From: an uncultured Chloroflexia bacterium
GTDB lineage: Bacteria > Chloroflexota > Limnocylindria > Limnocylindrales > CSP1-4
DNA: 64,000 nt
Assembly (NCBI GenBank): GCA_963734935.1
Contig: CAVTIO010000004.1
Location: 200,263-264,262, forward strand
Direction: 5' to 3'
The position numbers and the translations under genes were made by a program. Under the pieces are notes generated by a model. It did not search any database. It was given only the letters and a program-made list of their open reading frames with translations, and had not been told where the DNA came from. Below, in pieces: positions 8,593 through 17,951 of this stretch. How positions within the stretch are numbered: position 1 is the stretch's first letter; each line of letters opens with the position of its first letter.

Positions 8593-9582
8593 ATGCAAGT
8601 GACCAGTGGCCCTCGCTCCGGTGCCGGATTGCCGGCGGTCACTGACTGCGGCAGCCGATACCTTGGTCGCAACGCCTCGTCGTTCGATCTGCGCCAGAAT
8701 GTCGGCGCACTCCAGGATCAGGTGCACGGAGGAATCCCCCTGAGCAGCAAGCAGCAACCGACCCAGACCAGCCGACGCGACCGCCGCGCCGCCGAGCGCA
8801 AGGAGCGCTTCGAGGTGGCGCGTGAGCAGCGTCGGACGCGATCCGGTGGCTCGGGCGGATCCGGCGCCTCGGTGCTGACAACCCGCAACATCACGATCGT
8901 TGCGGTGGTCGCCGGCGTGCTGATCGTGGCCGCCCTGGCGATCGGGCAGCTGGGCAACAAGGTCAGCGACACGTTCCAGGACCCGGGGATCAGCTACCCG
9001 GCAGCCGTGGCCCGACCCGACCGCACGCTCGGTTCCTCGAGCGCGCCGGTCACGCTCGAGGTCTACGAGGACTTCCAGTGCCCGATCTGCGCGCGGTACT
9101 CGCTCACCGAGGAGCCCATCCTGGTCAGCCAGTACGTCACGCCCGGCACGCTGCAGATCGTGCACCACGACATCGCGATCCTCGGTCGCGGCGGGAGCGA
9201 CGATGAATCCAATCTCGCCGCCACCGGCGCCGCGTGCGCCGTGAGCCAGGGGAAGTACTGGGACTACGCGCACTGGGTGTACATGAACCAGGATGGCGAG
9301 AACCAGGGTGGCTTCCGTCGCGAGCGGCTGACGGCGATCGCGGAGGCGGCGGGCCTCGACGGGACGGCGTTCAACGCGTGCCTCGACTCCGTGAGCGCGA
9401 TCCAGGACGTCACCGACATCACCAACCAGGCCGTGGGCATGGGCATCAACTCGACGCCCACCATGTACATCGGCGATCAGCAGATCGTGGGCCTCAAGTC
9501 CGCGCAGGAGCTGGGAGCGCTGATCGAGGCTGCGGCGGCGAGCGCCGCGCCTGGTGCGGCGTCGCCCAGCACGACGCCCTGA
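8593..9582 (+). CDS. DsbA-family thiol:disulfide oxidoreductase, membrane-anchored
   Basis: 329 aa. Basic N-terminal tail, one TM helix (ITIVAVVAGVLIVAALAIG), and a thioredoxin fold with a CPIC active site. Confidence 0.7.
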   Translation: MQVTSGPRSGAGLPAVTDCGSRYLGRNASSFDLRQNVGALQDQVHGGIPLSSKQQPTQTSRRDRRAAERKERFEVAREQRRTRSGGSGGSGASVLTTRNITIVAVVAGVLIVAALAIGQLGNKVSDTFQDPGISYPAAVARPDRTLGSSSAPVTLEVYEDFQCPICARYSLTEEPILVSQYVTPGTLQIVHHDIAILGRGGSDDESNLAATGAACAVSQGKYWDYAHWVYMNQDGENQGGFRRERLTAIAEAAGLDGTAFNACLDSVSAIQDVTDITNQAVGMGINSTPTMYIGDQQIVGLKSAQELGALIEAAAASAAPGAASPSTTP

Positions 9583-10042
9583 CCGCGACGTGACGGGCTC
9601 GTCACCCGGCCCGGCGCGGGGTGCGTTCGGGCTGTCGCTCCTGGTGGCCACGCTGGTCGGCCTGCTCGCGTCTGGCTACCTGGTGGTGGTCCGCGCGATG
9701 GGCGAGGCGCCGGTCTGCGGGCCGGTCAAGGGGTGTGAGACCGTGGCCAACTCCGAGTACGCCACGGTGCTCGGCATCCCTGTCGCCCTGCTCGGCTTCG
9801 GGCTGTCGCTGGTCCTCGTCGCGTGTGCCGTCGCCTGGTGGCGCATGGCCGACCGTCGACCGTTGCTGGCCGCGTACGGGCTGCTGCTGCTCGCGACGTT
9901 CGGGGTTGCCTACCTGACCTATCTCGAGCTGTTCGTGATCCACGCCATCTGTGCGTGGTGCGTCACGTTCGCGACGGCGATCGTGGTCTCGCTCGTGATC
10001 ACGGGCCTTGCGCTGCGTCGGGGGGAGACCGCTGGAGCATAG
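9554..10042 (+). CDS. vitamin K epoxide reductase (VKOR) family protein
   Basis: 162 aa. Loop cysteines CGPVKGC and active-site CAWC in the last TM helix. Four TM segments. The true start may be GTG at 9591, since the track frame overlaps the upstream gene by 29 nt. DsbA+VKOR pairs are established in Actinobacteria. Confidence 0.65.
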   Translation: MRRRPARRPDRDVTGSSPGPARGAFGLSLLVATLVGLLASGYLVVVRAMGEAPVCGPVKGCETVANSEYATVLGIPVALLGFGLSLVLVACAVAWWRMADRRPLLAAYGLLLLATFGVAYLTYLELFVIHAICAWCVTFATAIVVSLVITGLALRRGETAGA

Positions 10043-10080
10043 ACCGGGCCGTTGCGCGCCCGCGGCGCCGGCGCTGCCGG

Positions 10081-11256
10081 CTACTGGTGCGCATACCCCG
10101 TGAGCTCGACATAGGCCTGGCCGCCCATCGTCCTGCCGCCTCGTGATGCGGTCACGACCTGCGAGCCTTCCCAGTACACGACGCCGGTCGTTGCACGTGT
10201 GTCGAGCTCCTGTTGGGGAACCGTGGGCCTCAGCTCGATCTCGAGGTCCTCACCGGGCACCGTGACCGTCCAGCCGGCCGGATATGTCGTTCCGGTGGCC
10301 TCGCTGCTCCACGTTCGGTCGAGCGTGACCGAGAAGTCGCCACCGCCCAGCGTCGTGGCGGCGCCGGAATGATCGACGAGCGTCCCGTAGACCAGCGGGT
10401 AGCTGCCGTCGGCGGCACGTACCAGCGACAGCATCAGGTCGGTACCGTCGTCGAGGTTCACCGCGAACCAGTCCCAGCCACCGCCACCAACGGAGATGAA
10501 GTCGCCCCACTGGTGGTCGAACCAGGCCGTCCCCTCCACGTGCATCCGGGTCCCGCCCAGGGTCAGCGTGCCGCTCGCGGCCATGTCCGTTCGGGACACG
10601 TAGTACGAGCCACCGGCGGGGCCGAAGTCGATCCAGCCGTTGCCACCGTGGAGCACGGCCGGCTTGCGGCTGACGAGGTCGAGCCGGATCCCGAACGCGT
10701 CCACCGGATCACCGTCGACCTCGGCCGCGTCCGCCGTGGCCGCCAGCGTGTCCGTCCCGTCGCCACCCGTCATCGACCAGGGCGTGCCGCGGCCGCCGCC
10801 CGGGTCCGTCGGCGACCCATGGATCGCGAACGCGAAGGCGCTTCCCGGGTTCGCCGGACGCACGTCAGCCCCCGGGCCGATCTCGCTTCGCTGGGCGTAG
10901 TGGAACGTGCCTCCGGTCTCGTCGGTGAGCGCGAGGTGTGAGGCCCAGCTGACCGGGAACCCTCCGCGCTCGGCGCGGAACACCACGAACTCGAACCCGA
11001 ACCGGCGCCCGTCGTCACTGGCCAGGTGACCGGTGTAGTACCACCACTCGGTCAGCCGATCGTGCGGGCGATCGTCCGCGGGCAGCTGGACCGGCTGTGG
11101 GTCACCTGCGACCGGCGTCGGCCCGGAGGGTGGTGGAACGACCGGATGCGGGGCGGGCGCGTTGGCCAGGATGGGCCCACCGCACCCGACGACCAGGAGG
11201 GCCACAGCCACGGGGATCAGCCGTGCGAGGAGCGATCGTCGTTCGCGACGCCTCAT
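10081..11256 (-). CDS. AttH/CrtC-like lipocalin-fold lipoprotein (hydroxyneurosporene-synthase-like)
   Basis: The track ORF is 594 aa, but the N-terminal 203 aa overlap the mmpL frame. The internal start MRRRERRSLL... gives a signal peptide with lipobox LVVGC. The mature protein has the WWYYTGHL motif and Trp/Gly-rich strands. ATGA overlap with mmpL at 11253-11256. Confidence 0.6.
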   Translation of the reverse strand: MRRRERRSLLARLIPVAVALLVVGCGGPILANAPAPHPVVPPPSGPTPVAGDPQPVQLPADDRPHDRLTEWWYYTGHLASDDGRRFGFEFVVFRAERGGFPVSWASHLALTDETGGTFHYAQRSEIGPGADVRPANPGSAFAFAIHGSPTDPGGGRGTPWSMTGGDGTDTLAATADAAEVDGDPVDAFGIRLDLVSRKPAVLHGGNGWIDFGPAGGSYYVSRTDMAASGTLTLGGTRMHVEGTAWFDHQWGDFISVGGGGWDWFAVNLDDGTDLMLSLVRAADGSYPLVYGTLVDHSGAATTLGGGDFSVTLDRTWSSEATGTTYPAGWTVTVPGEDLEIELRPTVPQQELDTRATTGVVYWEGSQVVTASRGGRTMGGQAYVELTGYAHQ

Positions 11257-13520
11257 CGGAATGCCGCCTCCGTCTCGGCCTCGGCACGCGGCAGGAACCG
11301 CCCGACGGCACGGTCGAGCCAGCTCGGCACCCACCAGTTCCAGCGGCCCAGCAGGCGCATCGTCGCCGGCACCAGGAGCGCCCGAACGACGGTGGCATCG
11401 AGGGCCACGGCGATCGCGATCCCAAGGCCGAGCGCCTTGATCAGCACGATGTCGGCGAACGCGAACGAAGACGCCACGACGACCACCACCAGCGCCGCCG
11501 AGGACACGATCCGGCCGCTGCGCTCGAGGCCGCTGGCGACGGCTTCGGTGTTGTCGTGGGTCCGATCCCAGACCTCCTTCATCCGTGTCAGAAGGAACAC
11601 CTCGTAGTCCATCGAAAGCCCGAACAGGACACAGAACAGGATCACGGGTTGCGTCGTCTCGACGAACCCGAGGGGCTGAAACCCGAGCGGCGCTGACAGG
11701 TTGCCGTCCTGGAAGATCCAGACCAGTGCGCCGAAGCTGGCGACGATCGAGAGCGTGTTCATGACCAGCGCCTTGACCGGCAGGACCACCGAGCGGAGCA
11801 GCACGAACAGGACCAGGAACGTGGTGAGCACGATAAACGCGGCGGTGCGTGGGAAGTCGGCCCACACGCGGCTCACGACGTCCTCCACGTCCGCGGCGCC
11901 ACCCCCGATGAGCACCGTCATGCCTGCCGGCGGTGCCAGCGGCCCGGTCGGATCGCGCATGTCGCGGACCAGCGCCCGCCCCACGTCGTTGTTGGGCCCG
12001 AACGGCGTGTACGCCGTGAACGAGGTGAGGTCTCCGCGCGTCGTCGCCGCCAGGGCGGTCGCCGTGAACCGGTCGGGAGGTCCGCCCGGGGACCCGTACA
12101 GGAGCTGGTACTGGGCGACCGTGAGCCGCGGGTCCAGCGTCACCAGGCTGTCCACGCGGGTCACGCGCGGATCCGCCTCGAGCCGCCGCGCGTACTCGTA
12201 CAGGGCGGCGACGTTGACGGAGCTCGTGGCCTCTCCGTGTGTCCGGACGGCGATCTCGATCGGTGCGAACGGCCCCTCACCGAACTCCCGGGTGAGCGTG
12301 TCGAACGCGGCTCGCGAGGGCACCGAAGCCGGCAGGATGGTGGCGTCCGGAGCGTTGAAGCGGACGTGAAGGAACGGGACCCCGAGCACGAGCAGGAGCG
12401 CCAGGGTTGGGACGAGGATGGCCACCGGGTGGCGCATCACGCGCCGCGCGAGCCTGGCCCAGGGACCGTCGGCGCCGGGCTCGACCGTGACCTTGCGAAC
12501 GGCCAGCGCATCGATTCGCGTGCCCACGATCGCGAGGATGGCCGGGAGGAGCGTGATCGCCGACGCGACCGCCAGTCCGACCACGATCGCGCCCGCGATC
12601 CCGACAGAGCGCAGGATCATGAACTCGAACAGCACCAGACCGAGCAGGCCGAGCAGCACGGTGAGCCCCGAGAAGAACACGGCACGGCCGGCGGTGGCGA
12701 CGGTGACACGGACGGCCTCTGCCACCCGGTCGGGGCCGTTGCGGCGGGCCAGCTCCTCGCGGAAGCGGCTGGTCATCAACAGCGAGTAGTCCACCCCCAG
12801 ACCGAGACCCAGCAGCGTTGCCAGGTTGAGCACGAAGATGCTCATCGGCGTGATCGAAGCGACCGCGAAGATACCGGCCAGCGCCACCAGCACGGCGGTG
12901 CCGCCGACGGCCAACGGCACCGCTGCCGCGACCACCGAGCCGAACACGAGCAGGAGCGCGAGGGCCGCCAGTGGCAGGGAGATCAGCTCGCTGCGCCGGA
13001 GGTCGGACTCTGTGACTGCCTGGACGTCCCCGTAGAACGCCGGGCCGCCGCCGACCTGAACGGTCAGGCCCGACACATCGTGAAGCCGGTCCAGGACGGG
13101 CGGAATCGCGTCAGGCGAATCGTCGGGTGGCAGATCCAGGAACACGATGTCGTATGCGGTGTGGCGGTCAGCCGAGACCTGGCTGGGTGCCATCGCGTGC
13201 GAGAGGATCCGCGTCACGTGGGGCGCGGACGGCACGTCCCGGGTCGCTGCGGCGACGGCCGCGTTCCAGGCGGGGGTCCCGACCCTCATGGAGGGTGAGC
13301 TGTAGACGAGGACGAACGCCGAGGGCTCGGTGCCGAGCTCGTCCTGGAGCAGCTGCTTCGCCCGGGCCGATTCCAGGTCGTCGAGGATGAAGCCACCCGG
13401 CGACAGAGCCCCTGGCGCGCGCGGCGCGAACGGGATGGCGAGCAGGATCAACGCGATCCAGGTCGCGACGATCCACCATCGGCGGCGCACCGTGAACCGG
13501 CCCAGACGCTCGAAGGACAC
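11253..13520 (-). CDS. MMPL-family (RND superfamily) membrane transporter
   Basis: 755 aa. Twelve predicted TM helices in two 6-helix bundles, each preceded by a large soluble loop. Typical MMPL N-terminus MSFERLGRFTVRRRWWIVATWIALILLAI. Confidence 0.8.
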   Translation of the reverse strand: MSFERLGRFTVRRRWWIVATWIALILLAIPFAPRAPGALSPGGFILDDLESARAKQLLQDELGTEPSAFVLVYSSPSMRVGTPAWNAAVAAATRDVPSAPHVTRILSHAMAPSQVSADRHTAYDIVFLDLPPDDSPDAIPPVLDRLHDVSGLTVQVGGGPAFYGDVQAVTESDLRRSELISLPLAALALLLVFGSVVAAAVPLAVGGTAVLVALAGIFAVASITPMSIFVLNLATLLGLGLGVDYSLLMTSRFREELARRNGPDRVAEAVRVTVATAGRAVFFSGLTVLLGLLGLVLFEFMILRSVGIAGAIVVGLAVASAITLLPAILAIVGTRIDALAVRKVTVEPGADGPWARLARRVMRHPVAILVPTLALLLVLGVPFLHVRFNAPDATILPASVPSRAAFDTLTREFGEGPFAPIEIAVRTHGEATSSVNVAALYEYARRLEADPRVTRVDSLVTLDPRLTVAQYQLLYGSPGGPPDRFTATALAATTRGDLTSFTAYTPFGPNNDVGRALVRDMRDPTGPLAPPAGMTVLIGGGAADVEDVVSRVWADFPRTAAFIVLTTFLVLFVLLRSVVLPVKALVMNTLSIVASFGALVWIFQDGNLSAPLGFQPLGFVETTQPVILFCVLFGLSMDYEVFLLTRMKEVWDRTHDNTEAVASGLERSGRIVSSAALVVVVVASSFAFADIVLIKALGLGIAIAVALDATVVRALLVPATMRLLGRWNWWVPSWLDRAVGRFLPRAEAETEAAFR

Positions 13521-13678
13521 GGGCTACCGGGGTCGCGACGGTGTGAACATGCGGGTCACAGGTAGCATGTTACACGTGATGCGCGGGACGCCCGGTTCGG
13601 CCACTGGTTCTGTTAGCATCCGACCCGAAGCGCGCCCTGGCGTCGCGACCAGACCCGCACAAACTGCCCGAGGGCCTC

Positions 13679-14016
13679 GCGTGACGATCTTCACGATCTG
13701 GTTCCAGAACTTCCCGAACAACCTGGTCATCCTGATCGCCGCCTCGGCGGTGGCCGGCGCGTTCGTGTTCACGTTCCTTCGATCGGCGCTGGTCGCCGAG
13801 GGCGGCCGCCCCGGCTGGGTGCGCCGGATCACAGGACCCAACGGCAAGCTGCTGTTTGCGATCCTGTTCGTCGTCTGGGCGGTTGTGTTCGGCATCGGGC
13901 TGCAGATGGTGCCGCACGAGGGTGCCAGCTCACCATACGGTGGTCTCGGCCTGATCGCCCTGTTCAGCGGCTTCTTCATCGTGATGGGCCTGATCTGGAG
14001 CGTGGTCGGCGACTAG
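13679..14016 (+). CDS. small hypothetical membrane protein
   Basis: About 112 aa from GTG at 13679, with three hydrophobic helices (LVILIAASAVAGAFVF, LLFAILFVVWAVVFGIGL, LIALFSGFFIVMGLIW). Divergent from mmpL. The longer track frame (13330..) overlaps the mmpL N-terminus and is rejected. Confidence 0.35.
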
Positions 14017-14154
14017 CTCTCGCCCGACCGCAGCACTGAGGCCCGGCCACGCGCCGGGCTTCGCGATTCTCCGGCCCGGATGCGCCGAACCCGGCCGGGT
14101 GGACCGGCCGGGTTCGTGATCCATTGCTTGTCGGCGGCTTGGCCGCCCCGAGGG

Positions 14155-14802
14155 TCAGGGCAGCTGCTCGAGGATCGAGCCGGCCAGCTTCTCGTCTGCG
14201 AGAAGGATCATGTACACGGTGTCGTCCTTCGGGTAGACGAAGGCGCCGAAGCCACCGGCCGCCTCGCCATAGACCGTCTTGCCGCCCAGCGTCGTCTGAG
14301 GCATGGAGCCCATGCCTCCAGTGATGCCGTCGGCAAACTCGGTCGCGGCGATGCCCTTGATCTGGATCGCATAGATCATGGCTGTCGCGTCGCTCGAGGT
14401 CGATGTCGCGACAGCGAAGTTGACGTCGTTGAGCGTCTTCCCGTTGGCCTGGAGGATCGGGTCGAGCTCGCTGTCGTTGAGGCCGGCAGCAGCCCCGAAG
14501 ATGCCGAGCTGACTGCCGTCGTACCCGGCGCGATCGAATGTCACGCCGCCGGCCGTCTCCGGGAGCGATGCGGCGAGATCGTTGACGACGCCACTGCTGC
14601 CACCGTCATCTGCGGGGACGGGCTGATCAGTCGCCTGCAGCTCCTCGGTCATCTCCGGCGTGGTCGCCGGCTCCGAGGCCGGGGCGTCGGTGGCAGCCGC
14701 CCCGCCGGCGGGCTCCGCGGTCGACGTTGAGGTGCCCCCGCACGCGGCGAGCACCAGCGCGAGGCCGAGGGCACCCGCGACAAGGCGTCGGTCGATCATC
14801 AT
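14155..14802 (-). CDS. hypothetical lipoprotein
   Basis: 215 aa. Signal peptide with lipobox LAACGG, then a low-complexity Ala/Thr/Pro linker and a beta-rich domain. No recognised motif. Confidence 0.5.
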   Translation of the reverse strand: MMIDRRLVAGALGLALVLAACGGTSTSTAEPAGGAAATDAPASEPATTPEMTEELQATDQPVPADDGGSSGVVNDLAASLPETAGGVTFDRAGYDGSQLGIFGAAAGLNDSELDPILQANGKTLNDVNFAVATSTSSDATAMIYAIQIKGIAATEFADGITGGMGSMPQTTLGGKTVYGEAAGGFGAFVYPKDDTVYMILLADEKLAGSILEQLP

Positions 14803-15079
14803 TCGGCAGTTCCTTGTGCACCGAGGGACGTGACTGCCGCGCGGCCCCCGGGCCCCGTATGCGGCGGCCGCACCGTACGTGTGGCGGCAGTCGAGGTCAA
14901 CCGTCCTTTGGTCCGGTGTCGATGGGAAACGCTCCCTCTGATCGGGGATCGACGCGCCAACCGTAGACGCCTCCGCGGGCCTCCGCTATGATCGCGGTTC
15001 ATTCAGGATGCATAGGATTTATGCGTTCGACCGCTGGCAGCACACACACGGGTAGAGCGGGTATCGGGAGGTTCGGCAG

Positions 15080-16639
15080 GTGGCGGAGCAGGCGCAGGGT
15101 TCGGGCAGCATGACGGCCGTCGAGGCGGCGCCCTTCGTGAACCAGCGCGATCCGGCCAGGCGGCTGGGTCCGGACGGCAAGCCCGCGGTGAGCCGCCGGG
15201 CGCCGATGTGGGCAGACGTCCCCGACGCGAAGTGGAACGACTGGCGCTGGCAGCTGTCGAACCGGGTCAACGACCTCGCCGACATCGAGCAGATCCTTGA
15301 GCTCACGGACGAGGAGCGCGAGGGCCTCTCGGCGCCGGACAAGTTTCGGGTTGACGTCACGCCCTACTTCATCAGCCTCATCGACCCCAAGGACCCCAAC
15401 GACCCGATCCGACGCCAGATCATTCCGCTCGGACGGGAGCTCACCAGCTTCACCGGGATGATGGAGGACAGCCTGGCCGAGGACCGGCACTCGCCGGTGC
15501 CTGGTCTCGTCCACCGATACCCGGACCGGGTGCTGATGCTGATCACCACCCAGTGCGCCAGCTACTGTCGCTACTGCACACGCAGCCGGATCGTCGGCGA
15601 CCCGAGCCAGAACTTCAATCGCCGAGAGCACGAGGCGCAGCTCGACTACATCCGCCGGACGCCGCAGATCCGCGACGTCCTGATCTCGGGCGGCGACGGG
15701 CTGACGCTCGCCCCCAAGCTCCTCGAGTCCGTGCTCCGGGGCCTGCGCGAGATCCCGCACGTCGAGGTCATTCGCATCGGGTCGCGGGTGCCGGTCTTCC
15801 TGCCACAACGCATCGACGACGAGCTGTGCGACATGCTCGCCAAGTACCACCCGATGTGGCTGAACATCCACGTCAACCACTCCAACGAGATCACGCCCGA
15901 GCTCGCTCGCGCGTGCGACAAGCTGAGTCGCGCCGGGATCCCGCTGGGCAACCAGTCGGTGCTGCTGGCAGGCGTCAACGACTGCGTCCACATCCAGCGC
16001 GACCTCGTCCACAAGCTTGTCGAGATCCGGGTTCGCCCCTACTACATCTACCAGTGCGACCTCGTGGAGGGCGCCGGCCACTTCCGGACGCCGATCGGCA
16101 AGGGGCTCGAGATCATGGAGGGCCTCCGGGGCCACACTTCCGGGTACGCCGTCCCGCAATACATCATCGACGCGCCCGGCGGGGGCGGGAAGATCCCGGT
16201 CATGCCCAACTACCTCGTGTCGTACTCGGACCACAAGGTGGTGCTCCGCAACTACGAGGGCTACATCACCACCTACGAGGAACCCACCGAGTACACGCCC
16301 CACGACAGCGTGCACTGCTCGTACTGCCAGAACCCGCGACCCGAGCCCGGTCAGGAGGGTCTCACGGGTCTCCTCGACGGCAAGCGGATGTGGATCGAGC
16401 CTGCCGGCTTCACCCAGGTTCACGACCGGGGCGCGACCGAGACGCACCGACTCAAGGACCCGTCCAAGTGGGTGCCGTATGGCGTCGGGGCGATCGAGGG
16501 CCGGACCGCCGAGGGGGCTCCAGACGGCTCTCTGCCGGTGCTCGAGAGCGGGGCCCCGGCGGCCGAGCACGGGCCGGGCGAGGAGCCGCGACCCGCGGAC
16601 GGTCAGCCGACGGCAACCGCCAACCACGAGCTGCTCTGA
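15080..16639 (+). CDS. kamA: lysine 2,3-aminomutase (KamA family radical SAM enzyme)
   Basis: 519 aa. Radical SAM CASYCRYCTRS (CxxxCxxC), the KamA N-terminal WQLSNRV motif, PLP lysine region, and C-terminal zinc cysteines (HCSYCQNP). About 100 aa longer than clostridial KamA, with a Gly/Pro-rich tail. Confidence 0.8.
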   Translation: MAEQAQGSGSMTAVEAAPFVNQRDPARRLGPDGKPAVSRRAPMWADVPDAKWNDWRWQLSNRVNDLADIEQILELTDEEREGLSAPDKFRVDVTPYFISLIDPKDPNDPIRRQIIPLGRELTSFTGMMEDSLAEDRHSPVPGLVHRYPDRVLMLITTQCASYCRYCTRSRIVGDPSQNFNRREHEAQLDYIRRTPQIRDVLISGGDGLTLAPKLLESVLRGLREIPHVEVIRIGSRVPVFLPQRIDDELCDMLAKYHPMWLNIHVNHSNEITPELARACDKLSRAGIPLGNQSVLLAGVNDCVHIQRDLVHKLVEIRVRPYYIYQCDLVEGAGHFRTPIGKGLEIMEGLRGHTSGYAVPQYIIDAPGGGGKIPVMPNYLVSYSDHKVVLRNYEGYITTYEEPTEYTPHDSVHCSYCQNPRPEPGQEGLTGLLDGKRMWIEPAGFTQVHDRGATETHRLKDPSKWVPYGVGAIEGRTAEGAPDGSLPVLESGAPAAEHGPGEEPRPADGQPTATANHELL

Positions 16640-16802
16640 CGCTGGTCGCCCGGCGGAGGTGACGGACGGGCGAGCCTGCCCCTGCTCGCTTGAGTCCTGG
16701 CGATAGACGCGTGGCGCCGCCGACGATCGCAGCATGCCCGACGCGCGGGTGAACCAGCGCTGAGCGGGGCCGCCCTCGGCTGGAGCACCAGCCGCACGTC
16801 GG

Positions 16803-17435
16803 CTAGAGCAGCTGCCGCTTGAGGGTCTCAGCCACCCAGTCGCGGAATGCCGCCGGTCGCCATCCCCGCTCCGCGACCAGCCGCACGTACAGGCTCGGGT
16901 CGTTGATCAGCCACACCACGTCGGCCGCCGCCTCGGGATCGAGCCCGTCGCGGATCCCGCCACGCTCGATGGCGAGCCGGACGATGTTGCCGGCCCCGAC
17001 ACGCCGCTCCTCCTGGATCTTGCCCCACACCGCACGCACCTCCGCATCGGCGCCGGCGGCGCCCCGAATGGCATCGGTGATCGCGCCGACGCGGCCGGCG
17101 AGCACGAGCATGAGGTCCGCGTAGGCGTCGAGCATTCCCTCGGCGGTCGTCGCGCGTCGCACACCCTGCGCCCATGGTCGCTGCGGCATCGGCACGGGCT
17201 CGTCGTCCCCGACCAGGGCGACGTCATACGCGGTCTTGAGCAGGGTCGCCTTGCCGCCGACCGACGTGAACACGGTGGCGCGACTCACGCCCGCCGCCTG
17301 GGCGATCTCGTCGATCGAGGTCGTGACAAACCCCCTCTCGACGAACAGTCGCGTGGCCGCGTCGATCACGTCGCGCCGTGTCGCCGCGGCCTGGGCGCGA
17401 CGCCGCGGGGAGTCATAGGTGCGGGTGCTTGACAT
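16803..17435 (-). CDS. TetR-family transcriptional regulator
   Basis: The track uses a TTG start at 17456. ATG at 17435 yields a 210-aa protein with the TetR HTH (TRRDVIDAATRLFVERGFVTTSIDEIAQAAGVSRATVF). Confidence 0.75.
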   Translation of the reverse strand: MSSTRTYDSPRRRAQAAATRRDVIDAATRLFVERGFVTTSIDEIAQAAGVSRATVFTSVGGKATLLKTAYDVALVGDDEPVPMPQRPWAQGVRRATTAEGMLDAYADLMLVLAGRVGAITDAIRGAAGADAEVRAVWGKIQEERRVGAGNIVRLAIERGGIRDGLDPEAAADVVWLINDPSLYVRLVAERGWRPAAFRDWVAETLKRQLL

Positions 17436-17459
17436 CGTCGCTAGAGTAGCAGTCAAACG

Positions 17460-17478
17460 ATCAGACTCGTAGTCTGAT
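17460..17478. promoter_or_regulatory. candidate TetR operator: palindrome ATCAGACT-CGT-AGTCTGAT
   Basis: 8-bp perfect inverted arms with a 3-bp spacer. Lies in the 66-bp divergent region between the TetR gene and the SnoaL-like gene. A TTGACA -35-like hexamer is at 17429-17434. Confidence 0.35.
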
Positions 17479-17501
17479 GAATTTCACCACGGGAGCACGA
17501 G

Positions 17502-17951
17502 ATGACGGCCCTGACGTCCCAAGACACACCGCTCACCGCGATCGAACGACTACGCTCGGCCATCAATGCCCATGACCTCGAGGCGATGGTCGCCTGCTTC
17601 GCAGCCGACTGCGTCAGCGAGCATCCCTGTCACCCGGACCGGAGCTTCACGGGTGCCGATCAGGTTCGCCGCAACTGGACACAGATCCTGGGCGGCGTGC
17701 CCGATCTGCATGCGACGCTTATCTCCAGCCGCCCTGACGGCGAGCGCGTGTGGTGCGAGTGGGAGTGGGCGGGAACACGGCGCGATGGTGTTCCGCACCT
17801 GATGCGCGGGACCACGATCACGATCGTGAACGAGGAGGGGCTGATCGAGAACACCCGCTTCTACATGGAGCCCGTCCTCCGGGATGGGATCGGGGTGGAC
17901 GCACAGATCCACCAGGCGATGCAGGGCAGCGCGGCAGGAGCGGCACGATGA
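17502..17951 (+). CDS. SnoaL/NTF2-like fold protein
   Basis: 149 aa. The size and hydrophobic-core pattern fit SnoaL-like polyketide-cyclase/NTF2 domains. Coupled to the downstream NmrA-like gene by an ATGA overlap. Confidence 0.5.
   Translation: MTALTSQDTPLTAIERLRSAINAHDLEAMVACFAADCVSEHPCHPDRSFTGADQVRRNWTQILGGVPDLHATLISSRPDGERVWCEWEWAGTRRDGVPHLMRGTTITIVNEEGLIENTRFYMEPVLRDGIGVDAQIHQAMQGSAAGAAR

Noticed and set aside
10081-11865. Full-length 594-aa call for the AttH/CrtC-like gene.
   Set aside because: The first 203 residues are Arg/Gly-rich and overlap the mmpL C-terminus in another frame. The internal start at 11256 gives a proper signal peptide with lipobox and an ATGA overlap with mmpL.
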